A DNA stretch of 64,000 bases from Klebsormidium nitens (lineage: Eukaryota; Plantae; Klebsormidiophyceae): the NCBI GenBank assembly GCA_000708835.1, contig DF236977.1, positions 284,623-348,622 of the forward strand, in the 5' to 3' direction. A model generated the notes under the pieces. That model was not told the origin of the DNA. It searched no databases and saw only the letters and a program-made list of their open reading frames with translations. The stretch's first letter is position 1. Every line of letters begins with the position of its first letter. This document shows, in pieces, positions 10,462 to 22,853 of this stretch. A program made the translations under genes and the position numbers.

Positions 10462-12366
10462 TTAAAGCAGATCCTCTAAAGCAACGGAGCCCCCTTTTCC
10501 GCGCTTCAACCCCGATTGTTTACTCTCTGTTTCTAAGCCCTCTTCTTTGCGGGGTCTTACCTCGGTCGCTTGTACCGCTTGCACTGCATCCCCCGCTGGA
10601 CCATCGAAGCTGGTCCCCAAGTATGACGAAGCAATCTTCTGGGCTTGTGCAAGATCTTTTGCAGGCACTGACTCAACCAACTTGCTGAGATCGCTTCGAA
10701 AGTCTGCTACACTTCGCTCAAGTGCAACTTTGTCTACTTTCTCCGCTGACGTCCTGCTCGCATCCAAGAGTCGTGCATCTAGGTTCTCAAGAGACATTAG
10801 ACTGCTGTCTGCAACGATGCCCACGTTTGCTCCCCAGCCATCTTCAGAAGAATATTGTGTGATCTGGGAGGAACGTTTTACAAAGAGCGAGGTGTCAGAA
10901 GGCTGCACTAGAGGTAAACAGAAAAGTCTATGAAAGTCACGCGCACCCTAAGTTGCCACACAGCGAGCTTTGGGAGGGTTCCAGTGGACTCATAAAGACA
11001 TACGACGAGAATCACAATGTGTTAAGCGAGAATTCAATGGGCGACTTCAAGTCGCACCACTCTGGTTGTTGGCGGACAGCCATCATGAGCATGTTACGCT
11101 TCCCGATTGCAAGCAGGTTCAAGGACGGGCCACATATTCCAGCAAAGTCTGAATTGGGCAGTGCTACGTATATGGAGTTGTGGGTTGTAGACGATTCTAC
11201 GAGCAGCGGCCTTTTCTGACATTTGGATCGCAGGTGGGCCTCACCGCTCGCAGGTCTGTCCTGAAAGATGCAAATGCTCCTGACCGCAACCGCTGCCGCA
11301 ATGCAGGATAGTCTGGCGCATCACCAGCAATAGAGTCTCCTGCAAGGATCTGGTGAATTTGGCATCCGATGGGATGAGAAGAGTAGCCCCCAAGATTTTG
11401 GGGGAAAGACTCACCATGTAACACACATGCATAAGCAGACCTATCAGCAGCCTCCAACAGTCTGAGATACATACAATGGTGGCTTGATCGACCTAATCCG
11501 CATATTCTTGTTTCCCAAAAACTTAGGTCGCTGCCAGCACGGGCATATTGTTGCTGCAACGAAAAAAATCTCATTGCATTGGAGCCCAGCTGATTGTCTC
11601 CTTGCCCACAGCCCAGCTGATTGTCTCCTTGCCCACAGCTCTGATGGTGAAAGAGAGGTGCAGCTTACCCAGCTTTTGTAGTTGTGCATCCGACAGCAGG
11701 ATCTGTGACAGGTATGAATCCAGCGGCTCCAGCTTTTTTCTCTTGATGTAGCGACTCAATGCTCCGTTTAAAAGCCCGTTCTGATCCCCTTTACCCTTTT
11801 GCACCTCAAGCCCTGCAAAGATAAGTTGTAGACATCCGAGTTACATGGCATTGTCTTTCAAGCAGCACCTAGTCTTCCTCTCATCCTTGCTCACAATTCC
11901 AGCCTACAGTTCCAGCTCTGGAAGCACCGGCGCCAGCAATGATGCACGGGCAGCCAAGCACGAGGACGTTGGTGTCACCCTCACCATGAGCTGGCAGCAC
12001 TGGCAGTGCTAGGAATGGAAACGCCGCAATTAGCATTGCCTCCCTCCTTGTCCTTGCCGCACTTGACTTCCCCCGATTCTGACTGTCCATGCATTCTCCC
12101 TCCTCCGTACAGACGGACCTAACATGGATTTTTCTTTGGAGGCCACAGACCCTGATCGGCGGCACTCTTAGCCAGCATTCGCAGCAGTGGCTTCTCTGCC
12201 CCATGGCGGGAAGCACACCCAACAACGGGCTCCCAAGCCAGCTCTGCACCGGAGCACCTATTGCAGCCTTCCGAACCGCAGCAACCCCAGTGGTGGCATT
12301 CCTGGTCACGGCATTCGCAATGGCCGGGCACATTGTGTACGCAGACGCCGCAACCACCATGTTCAT
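10462..12366 (-). CDS. Uncharacterised chloroplast protein with transit peptide and twin-arginine (Tat) lumen signal, ~340 aa, 4 exons
   Basis: Exons 12366-11985, 11812-11669, 11339-11245, 10863-10462; in phase. The A/S/R-rich N-terminus is followed by TRREAMLIAAFPFLALPVLPAHG (RR, hydrophobic stretch, AxG cleavage-like site). The mature part YIKRKKLEPLDSY..LRSGAFASFRTDLRAITQY resembles a land-plant plastid protein family that I cannot name. Confidence 0.75.
11583..11636. repeat. 27-bp perfect tandem duplication in an intron
   Basis: agcccagctgattgtctccttgcccac occurs twice head-to-tail. Confidence 0.9.
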
Positions 12367-14711
12367 CAAAGATCTTGTGGATAACCTCTTCTGAAGCCAG
12401 CTCAACGGCGCTTCTTTGCTAGTCGCCTTCTCGTACTTTTGATCCGAGTCAAAGTGCCCTTTGTCCTGGCACCGCCTGCGGTCCCACCTGCGCTCTTGGC
12501 CAGGCTTGCAAGCTTGCCGCTGCAGGCTGAACCTCATGCCAACAATGGCATGATGGGGTCGAGTCCAAGCAAGTCCAAGGTGGAAAATTAGGGTTCTGCT
12601 CACTCATGAGTCTACCGTATGCCAGCGTGCATCATTGAATCGACCGCAATTTCCGGAGCGCGCCTACTGGCGACAATGGCTGCCAAAATCGCTCTTTTCA
12701 GCTGCCAAGCGCTCCCGCCACAGTGCATCACTTTCATAGCTTCAAAACGCCCTGAAGAGCCCTGCTCAAGGGCTTCAGAGTCACACTAGGTGCAAAAAGC
12801 CTAGCTCGCCCCTCGAGCATTACCCATTAGCAAAATGCTTTAATTTGACACAAAGAGCTCTGGTCGCTGACGGCATGGGCATAGCCAGCGGTCTGCGTTG
12901 CAGCACCGGCCAGACCAGCCGCATTGAAGGTGCCAGCTCAGCACATGCACCAATAAGGATTAAATTGCACGCTTACCCGCTGCAAGACGCTGAGCTAAGT
13001 TCCTTGCGTTATTTCTTGAGTCTGGATGATATTGCTCTTTGTTTTAGATCTCCAGTTCTTGTTTGCTTGTTTGCTCTGCATCCCCTGCTTCCAAATCGGT
13101 GCTACTACTTAATTCCCAGTGTCAGGGGACACGTTGGGTCTTTCCCCGGTGGGGATTCTGCAGGTTTCAGTGTTCGCTCCTAGACAGCCAGACTTGTGTG
13201 TATGCTTGCATAGGTTGAGGTTGTCACTCAGCCAGCTTCCTGTGAGACCAGCTGATTACGCGTAGGCTGTTGAGATGGTGTACACATTGCGTGGGAGCTT
13301 ATTGAGAGAGCTAGCACACTTGCGGTCGTCCAGACAGTTGCACATTTGAGAGATCTCTTGGTGGTGTTGGCTTCTGTTGGTATTCCATGGCTACTTTGTT
13401 TAGCATAGAGATCAGGAGTGTTTGCTGTTCGGAGGACATCGTACAGTACAGGCGCTGTGTGGGAGATTTTCTGCCACCCTTGTCTCTGTCTGACTAGTGT
13501 CCTTGTTGCTGGTGCTGCTTGTGACCCTTTGAGTTGCGTCCAAGCTCACAAAGTCTCAAGCCTCCAACTTACAAGCAAAACTTGCCTTACACCAACTTAC
13601 AACTTATTGGCGTACACCAAGCTTGCCTTGTCACAACTACTTATCAAGCCTGCCTATTGCATTGCACCCAATCTTGGCACTTTGGAAGTAAACGCCAGTT
13701 TGTCTAGCGTGTCTCACGGGATTGGTGTCCTACATGAGGATTAGAGCTGATCGTTAGATTGCATTGTTTGTGACGTATTGGTAGCTTTGAGTGTGACTAG
13801 CAGCTTTGATACTGCCGAGGGGAGGCACAGTCTAGAGATTGTGTCCAGAGTATATGCACAAAATTGATACCGCATCGCAACAAATACTAATACTTATTAA
13901 GCTTTCCAACTTATCAGCTCTACAAGCCTACATGTCAGCTTACCAACGTACCGGAATGTGCTGCCAACTTGCTTGCAACGACAGGCTTCATCAATCTGGA
14001 TTTCAACTATTATTGTACTTCAATCACTCAATTTCTACTTGGTACAACTTCAACTTGGCAGCATGGCTCAAAAAGCGTGCGTATGATGCATCAAAAACCA
14101 GCAACAAGTTATACCACGTTCTTCAACCAAGAAAAGATCCATGATATCAACAAGCCGCCTGACATTGTTTATCAGGACACAACTTAATTGGCCACAACTT
14201 TACAAATCTAACACAATTGAAGATTGCCAGCATGTTTCTGGCATGACGAATCCCAGTTATGATCGAACTAAGACATGCTACGATGAGGTTGACTTGTTGC
14301 AATGATCTATCTACAGCCGCATGGTTTTCCAATATCCCGAAGCGAGAGGCTAGCGCTTCTGCTGTCGGATCGATGCTGCTCAGGTCAACTTTTGCGTAGA
14401 TCATCATTCAAGTGCAAACCCTTTGGAGTTGTCCACAACTACTTAGGCCCCTTCTGTGCGAGGTGCCATCTTTTGATGCCACTGCTAGGGGTACTAGCAA
14501 GGACGTGTGACCGAGTGACGACGCTTCTTCGACAACCGGCCAGACCCGACGTCCGAGGACTCTCGCAGAAGCACAGCTTTCGATAGGTCCACATGTGAAT
14601 TAGCTCTTGTCTTATAGATAACATATAAGATAAGAATAATGTTCATCGTTGGGCCTTCATGAGCTTTGCGGTAGATTACCGTAGTGCAAATGCAGCCGAC
14701 GTTGCTAGGGT

Positions 14712-14877
14712 NNNNNNNNNNNNNNNNNNNNNNNNNNNNNNNNNNNNNNNNNNNNNNNNNNNNNNNNNNNNNNNNNNNNNNNNNNNNNNNNNNNNNNNNN
14801 NNNNNNNNNNNNNNNNNNNNNNNNNNNNNNNNNNNNNNNNNNNNNNNNNNNNNNNNNNNNNNNNNNNNNNNNNNNNN
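14712..14877. other. Assembly gap (166 N) flanked by an identical 42-bp sequence
   Basis: ggtagattaccgtagtgcaaatgcagccgacgttgctagggt at 14670-14711 and again at 14878-14919. Confidence 0.95.
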
Positions 14878-15557
14878 GGTAGATTACCGTAGTGCAAATG
14901 CAGCCGACGTTGCTAGGGTTTACGGATGTCAGAAGTTTCGAACTTGGACTACGCCATGCCCTTGTACCCGCACACCGCCCCATGCCTTTGATACGCACGG
15001 GCTTTAAGAGAAGTATCCATAAAACTTGGTACCCCTGTTGTCCCTTCTACCGGTCATAGGCTCAGTGCTACTTTCAGTGCGCAGCGCTTTGGTTGGAGTT
15101 GCAGAGAAGAGGGCGGTTGTCAGCTACCGGTAACAGAAACGGTAGGTACTTACACGTTGGGATGTTCGAACGGGCACTTCAGATCGTACGTCCTGCAAGA
15201 GGCTATAGGTAGGACGCGATGATACATTGATAGACCTGAACATTCTGCTGCGCTTGCCTTCAACATTTCAAATGCGAATGCCAATGCCAATGGCATTGGG
15301 TTTGGCAGCTTTGTTGCATGTTCCTTGTTCCTCCCACCCTTCTTTTGTAGCTTCACATTTCTCAGGTTTTCTCTGCTCCTGAGCCTCTTCTTATGTCTTC
15401 CTCTTGATTTCAGCGCTCTCGCACCCTGCGCGAGTGCCCGCAGGATTGGTAACCCATAAGTTGCGCTCTGCCCCATCTCAAACAAGGGGCATGTCAGCTG
15501 CATACCTGGAGCACTGACATTATCTGCCAGAACCAGTCCCAGGCACGCGTAATCCTC

Positions 15558-18500
15558 ATGGCTGCGGCTGCGCAGCTGCCGCAGTTGCGCTTGTATTCTG
15601 TAGGCAACGTGCAAAGGAGCAGAAGCAAGGTGCACGCCCAAGCAGAGCTGACACCGCGACCCTGCAAGCAATGCTGTTGGGCAAGCAGACAGTCTTTGTT
15701 CCTAAGTGGTGCCACCGGCGGGCTGAGACTGACCCCCGCGCCGATACAGACCCCGAAGCCTGCCACTAACAAGGGGCAATGCAGAGCGCTTGCAGACACA
15801 AATGCAGTTGCGGGGGCGCTTGCTGGGTGGGTGCAGGCTCCTTTGTACAAAATTGCTCTCTGCTGATTTTACATGTGCAAAACTTAAGTGGAACTGCAAG
15901 ACAATAGCTGCGCATTCACAGCATTGCAGTCGAGGCCGGTGCCCTTTCTGGAACCTGCACACTGCTATCATCTTCATGCCCAGTCCGATCATGAAGATCA
16001 AAAAACACAGGGCGTTGCTTTTCAGTCCCCCTCCCCCCTTGCAATGTTGCGCAGTTTATCCTCCATGGCCCCCTTGGCATTCATTGAAGGCGAGCACTTG
16101 GCGCGGGGGGCAGTGGCTGCCAGCGTGAGTGCCTGGTACCTGACCGCCAAGCCGGGGGCCCTGCAGGGACTGCTGGACATTGTGGCAGCACCAGCCTCAG
16201 AGCGGCTCTTCAAGTAAGGCACCCGCCACAGAGATCTCATCATCTCCAGAAACGGTGCACCAAGCTTCATACATCTCTTAATATGTACTCCTAGAAGGGG
16301 CTACCAGCCTAGTTGACCTTTTCACCATACTCAAGAATGCTGCATCGCCGCATTACCCCCTTCTTCTGTCCTCTTGTTTGTCTGCATCATGTTTTGGCTG
16401 GTGTATTGGCTCACGGCAGCGCTGCCGTGTGCTGCAGGTCATTTGAGCCCACTGCCGTGCGAGTGGGCAAGCAGCTGGGGGAGGGCAGCTTTGGCGTGGT
16501 CTACAAGGGGTGAGCCACACAAGCATGCCAACGGCAGGCGTCCCGCTGTGCAATGGCAGTCACTCGCTTGGATAATGCCCCATCTCCTCTCAGACTGTTC
16601 CGCAGTTTACCAGAATGACCTGTCCAGTACTGCAGTTGGAATAAGAGCACATTAGCCCCGACCCCCATTGAGTACGGTCCTGTTCCAGAAGTGCAAGCCT
16701 GCTTTTGGTAAGCCTCAACAGGTTCCAGTAGATAGTTCCTCAGCATTGCCCAGCTGTACGAAAGCGACAGCAGCTTCTGAACCAAAGTGGCTATTCTTGG
16801 TCCGAGCGGGCGAAGCCCATGTGTCTAGACCCCCCTCAGTGTCTGTGTCACACTGACTATCCTGGACATTGGCGGCTGGTCTATGATGACCTGTAATATC
16901 CACGGGAGAACCTGAATCGTCAGGCTTTGTGGCCACTAATACAACCAGTGATAGTGTTGCCCTGGTGCATGAAGGTATGTCCCACAGGGGGTCTTAGATC
17001 CCCATTGACTGACATGCTTCACATGGTTGGAGACAAGGTCCTGTATTTGAGGATCTTGTTTGGCCCCGTTCAGGTTCATCAAGGACCCGACCATCCGAGG
17101 TGACGGCCCAGGTGTGCCGGTGGTGCTGAAGAAGGTGAAGGCCAAGGTCTCGGGCGCAGAAGAAATGCGCGCATCAGAGCTCTACTTCAACCAGCGCCTG
17201 CAGCGCACCGCCCCCGGCAGCTGCGCTGAGTTCCTAGGGACCATCAACGTGGAGAAGAGCACACAGAAGAGGCGCCTCAGCTCCAAGCTCAGCGAGGTCA
17301 GCACCCAGGGACAGGCTGACTACGAATCCCCGAAACAGGCTGATTTCTCTGGTCCCTACAGCAGTGTACGACTCCACTTCGGTTCCCTGGGAAAGTCTGT
17401 TCTGAGCAACTGCGTGCGTGCGTCAGCCTGAGCCACTATTTCTCCTGACTTCCCCAGGGCCTGTGGCTGGTGTGGCGGTATCAAGGGGCGTCCTCGCTAG
17501 AGTGGTTCTTGCGGCGGCGTGACGCATTGCCACTGCTGGCGGGGGCTGTGTTGGGTGACAGTGCGATGCAGGTGCGGAACAGCCCCGAGGACCTGCTGCA
17601 GCGCGACTGCGCCGTGGTGCAGGCCGTGATGCGCAACCTGCTGGACAGCCTGCAAGCCATTCATGCCACAGGTGGGGCCCAACTATCCCTTTCACAAGAA
17701 ATGCAGTGGGCAGACACGGCTCCGAGGAGGCTGCAGTGGTGTGCTTGAGAATGCTCTAACTTAGATCAGCATCAGTATGGTGGGCCTGGTTCGAAAGATA
17801 AGGGCGACAGAAATTGGTTCCATCAAGTGCTGACAAAAGTGTGTCATCAGATTGTGCACACTTTGCGGCTTGGTTGCAGTCTTAATCGCAGGAATCACGC
17901 ATTTGGGCATGAGGATGTCACACGAGGCGTTTGGGATTCAATAACGTTTCTCGTCTCCAATCTGATTCGGATTGTTGACTGCGTTTAGGCGTGGTGCACC
18001 GCGACGTGAAGCCCCTGAACCTGGTGCTGGACGAGGAGATGCGCAGCTTCAAGCTCATCGACCTGGGCGCCTGCGTGGACCTGCGCTCGGGATACAACTT
18101 CGTAAGTTCCGCCCCGACACTGTCCCTTTTCGTTTCCACAAGATGGTGGATATCAAAGCGTTCAACCATATGTCTACTTTGTCCCAGTTCTAAGTTGTGC
18201 TTTCACTCCGGCTCCATCCAGCGGTGTTACTCTGCACCTTGTGAATGCACAGCTGGAAAAGCTATCGTAAGTAGCTGACGTGACTTCTCTCCGGTAACTG
18301 CGTGCAGGTTCCGGACGAGACGATCATGGACCCGGTGTACTGCGCCCCCGAGCAGTACGTGTTGCCCATCAGCATGCCGGACGCGCCGCCCGGCCCGCTC
18401 ATGTCGCTGCTGGCCCCGCTGCTGTTCCTGGCACACGCCCCCGACAAGTTCGACCTCTTCTCAGCGGGGCTCGTGCTCGTGCAGCTGGCGGTGCCCTCCC

Positions 18501-21489
18501 TCCGCTCCGACAGGAACCTGGTGAGCCACCCCGGCCGGCCGCTGTGGACAAGCTGGGGCATTGCTTCCGTACAGAGGTTGACTCTGGGATTGGCAGACCC
18601 TGGAGCTCGGCCGCTTTTGTCCCCCCTTCGCCTTCGGATGCCGGCCTGGTCGTCATGCCTTCTCGTGATCGCTCAGTGGTGTGTCATTCCTGTGCTGCGG
18701 CAGCTGTGTGGCGGCAAAGGGCGGCTCTGGGTTTTCCACGGGGCCTGCCCGTCGGCTGAGCTGGCTGCTTTGCTTTGCGTGCAGGCCCTGTTCAATGAGC
18801 AGCTGGCCGACACCGGGTTCGACCTGGACCTCTGGCGCGCTTCCAGCCTCACCTTCCCCGAGGCAGAGCTCCAGATCCTTGATGCCAACGGTGAGCACAA
18901 CACGCTGCTCGCAGCATGTGCAGATATCCATCGAGCTCTGCACCAGACCCTAAGATGCAACCGCAAAGGGTTTCCGTTTTTCAAGAGTCAGAGTGGTGAA
19001 GTATGGAAAGTAGACTTACTCGGATGCGTCTGGTACCGCAAGTACAACAGAGAACTTCGTTGCTGGGCTTCGGAACTTATGAGTCCCTTCAGGAAAGCCT
19101 CGATCCATCTCAAAGCGCAGCCTGAGTTTGAGTCTCTCTTTTCGGTCTTATTTCCGAAGGGAGACGCCCTGGGGAAGAACACCGAGTGTTTGGCGTAAGT
19201 GCAGTAGTCGCCGCGCGTTAATGCCGGGCTGAAAAGCCCCGTGGGCCGGTTCTTGAGGATCTCTTTCTGAAAACACCGCCACCTTCACCCCTCGCCGCCT
19301 CCTTTCTCCAGACGGCGCGGCGTGGGACCTGGCTCGCCTGCTGCTGCAGCCGCGCGAGGGCCTGCGGTGCCGGCGGCCCACAGCAGAGGCGGCGCTGGGC
19401 CACCGCTTCCTGACTGCGTCCCTGCAGTGGCAGACGGAGAAGCGGTCCGGCTCCGCCAAGGGCCGCAGCAAGAGCATGCGCAGGGCGGGCAAGAGCAACA
19501 CGCGGGAGCTCGAGCCGGCATTCGCGCCCACAGGGGCCTTCCGCTTTGCGCTGCCGTTTGGGATCGGGAGCGACGCGGAAGAAGAGTCCGAGCCTGAGGA
19601 GGAGGAGGCCCCCAGGCGGCGCCGGCCGCTCATCCCGTTCTTTGGCCGGCTGCGGAACGACGCGGGTGACGAGGCGCAGGAGGTGGAGAACGGCGGGGCC
19701 AGCTTCGACCGCAAGGTCAAGCTCAAGGCGGCGCCGCAGGGGGCGCAGTCCGCAGTCACGTGGAGCGCCCTCCTGCCGCTGGGCCGTCGCTTGGGCGCAT
19801 CCGCGGAGCCGCAGCCGGCAACCGCTGCAGCCGAGACCGGCTCGGACCGTCTCCTGGGGCTCCGGCGCCTCGTGGGGCTGGACTCGCCGTCAACAGGGGT
19901 TCCGGTCGTGCAGATCCAGAAGAACGAGGGCGAGGAGTTCCCGCACGTGGCCGCACTGGCCGCGCTGCTGGGGCAGACGGCCCTGGCCGGGCCCGCGGCA
20001 GCAGCAGGGGAAGGGCTCGCACCGTGGCGGGACACGCAGGAGCTGGTGGACCTGGGGCGCGCGTCCGCACAGGGACTGGCCAGCAACGCGGGGCCAATGG
20101 CAGCCGCCGGGGGCGTTCTTGCGGGCGTGGGCTGGCTGGTGAGTGGGAAGAGCCCTGCGCGAACGTCTGGCCTCATGGACCGGCGGCATTTTGTGAACTG
20201 CATGTCTGTGGTTGACTCAGACTGGGCTTCGAGCTCCGCCTTCTCCCCGGCTGCTGACCGCGCTGCCCGGCCGCCCGTGCTCGTGCAGGGGCTGACGTTC
20301 GTGAACAGCAGCGTGGAGAGCGGCATCTGGAGCGTCTCGGACCTGGCCGACGCGCTAGGCGCGGCCGGCCTGCTGGGGGTCGTCTACCGCTATGTCCTCA
20401 AGTGAGACCCCCGAGCCGACGGCCCTGGCAGCAAACCAAGATCTCCGTTTTTGTGCTAGTGAAGTTTTTAAGGAGGATCTTGATTCGGGCTTTCTATCTT
20501 ACGGGCGACTTCGGACTGGCGTATCCCTGTCTTAGCTGGCGCCTAGCGATGGTACCCTCGAGTAGCGCGTTCTGCTTCCATTCAAAAGATTTACGATCAA
20601 CCTGGCGGCCGCTAGTTCTGCATCTTCTCCAGAAGCAGACGCAGGATCTCTTCTGTCTCGGATCACAGCAGCCCGTGCAACGACCTCTACATGGCTATCT
20701 TCCCTGCAACTCAGGTTCGTTTTTGGCCGTATCACCCCTGTGGATGCGTCCATGCTTATACTCCCTGACTCGCTCTCACCCCCTGCCCCTGTCGCTCTCC
20801 CGCAGGCCGGGCCTGACCGCCTCCCCCGTGGCCCTTCGGCCGGCCGTTCCTGCGGCTCCTCCCTCTCCCGCGCAGCCGTCGCTGCCGCTGTACGCGCGCA
20901 TGCAGAAGAAGGTGGGCAGCATCCTGGAGCGGGCGGGGCTGAACCGCGCGGGCGGCATGACGCTGAGCTACACCAAGTGGCTCGTCAAGCAGGCCAAGCA
21001 GGGCGGCGGCAACAAGAAGGGCGGCCAGAGCTCGCGAGGTACGGGAGCACACATTAAAGGGTTGCGGGCGAAATCCCTGCTAAGTTGCGACACGGTTGAG
21101 CGCCTCTACATCTTGCAGCTCTCGGTGCTGTCGAACAGCGTCCTGTGCTGGGGTCGAAATTCCACATTTCTGCCCCGTCTTGGCTTGCCCCCGCCCGTTG
21201 CTTAGTCTCTGGTGCTGACAACCGTCGGGGCACTGCAATCCCCACTGGTGTTGCTTTCAAGAATGCACCGGCTCTAGGGCGGGCTCGCTTCTCCTTCAGT
21301 CTGTTATCGGCAACTTTGCTGTGCGCAGGGTTGGTGCGGTCGTTGCGGGAGATGGAGCAGCAGCTGGCCAACCTGGAGGCGGCAGCACGCGACGGGCAGG
21401 AGTTCGACCCGCGGCAGAAGGAGCTGCTCGCGCGTGTGGAGGCGCTGCTGCAGGAGACGGCCGGGCAGGGCAGGCAGGGCGGCCGGTGA
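15558..21489 (+). CDS. STN7/STN8(Stt7)-family chloroplast Ser/Thr kinase with a long C-terminal extension, ~12 exons
   Basis: A transit-peptide-like N-terminus precedes a TM ending in AWYLTAKPGALQGLLD..AP. Kinase motifs: [103 protein letters not shown]. The frame continues without a stop through exons ~19312-20138, 20289-20401, 20806-21037 and 21329-21489. The first intron boundaries are uncertain. Confidence 0.85.
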
Positions 21490-22853
21490 CACGCGGGGCG
21501 AGCGGGGGACCGTGTACAGCCGGAAGAAACACGGGGAGGGACGGCCAGCACCAAGGCCACCACCCTAGCAGGAAATGATTTGGAAACATGGTTCGTAGCT
21601 GCGCAGCAATGGTAGGTGTACATGTGCAGAAGTTAGCAGAGCATTAGGGTAGCGCACTAGGGATAGGGCTTGCTTTTGTCAGCTATCAGCGTAAAGGACT
21701 GCGTGTTGCTGGACTGCGTGCCTAAAAATAGGCAATGTGCTGCTGGGGGCTCGAGTGCCGATGCATGAAGACGAGCTCTCCTAGAGTCGCTGAATAAATC
21801 TCACCGACTAGCTGGTGGGACAATCGTCAAGCAAAGATTAGAGAGAGGTAAGAGGAAGGCGAATGGTAGACCTTCGTATTGGTGCACATTGGAGTCTAGG
21901 TCGTACGAAGTGATGCAGATACATCTGTTCATATAGTTTCGGTTTAAGTCGAATTGTGAATGTACGCTTTCAGAAGGAGGTAGACTCGATCAGTGGCCGG
22001 CCATTCGCGTGAACAAGATATGCGGCCGACTGGCAGGGCCGCGCTGCATGGCACAGCCGATCCTCCTAAATCAGACCGGCTCTTCACGAAAGTGGATGTA
22101 CGTCAGGAAAATTTCACAAAACGTGCAAAATGTGCAATTTACCATACAGTACGAACTTACAAGGACATTGAACTACTGGTTGGAGTACATCATCCTGCAG
22201 GATGATGCATACTGACGTTGATGTGTTAACGTGTGTTGTTGATGTGTGCTGACGTTCATGTGTGACGATCCCATGCCCCGCCGCCAATTTCGCTCCAGGA
22301 CTTTTCATGTTTTCGCGATCATGCATGCATAGACGATTGAGAGTACGAGCCATGGGCCAGCTATAGGCTTTCTCTACATGAGTGTAGGTCAAGCTGCCGA
22401 GCGTCATATGGTGCGTACCATGCAGTGCTTTATGATTCTATGTGTGTGTGTATGCATTACGATCTGGCAGCTGACGACTATTACGGAATAGGTTTGCGCA
22501 TTGCAATCTGCCAAACTTTGCGGTCGCTTGGATTGCACGCGCACTGATTCCGAGAGGCATACGAGGCCGGCTGCGCTGGTCAGCCGGCTTTGCAACAGAA
22601 AGATCGTCTCGAGATTGCATGCTTGTTAGTGGTGAGTGACCAAGCTGCATCACAATGCATGCAGGCTAGTTTCACGTATAATTGTCTTTATTTTATTGCA
22701 CCACAACGCTATCTCGTCAGTCCACGTGAGCTGTGCACCTGATCGCGAGGTTTGCCAGGCTTTACAACCTAAACTCTCTAAGTATTTTTGTCGCGCGCGC
22801 TTCCTCAATCGCCCCAAAAATTCCATGGCCGCGGCTGTCGCCCCCGCGAATGA

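Noticed and set aside
12676-13750. Possible small gene starting MAAKIALFSCQ.. and neighbouring ORFs
   Set aside because: Could not build a phase-consistent multi-exon model, and the composition is not exon-like.
15150-15671. 173-aa basic minus-strand ORF overlapping the kinase 5' end
   Set aside because: Non-ATG start, no motif, and no supporting spliced partner exons found.
19148-20326. 392-aa minus-strand ORF and other long overlapping ORFs (e.g. 32771-34027, 33102-34055, 50492-51812, 54333-55183)
   Set aside because: Antisense or off-frame shadows of GC-rich exons of the kinase, SEC63, URI1 and F-box genes; low-complexity A/R/P/S translations.
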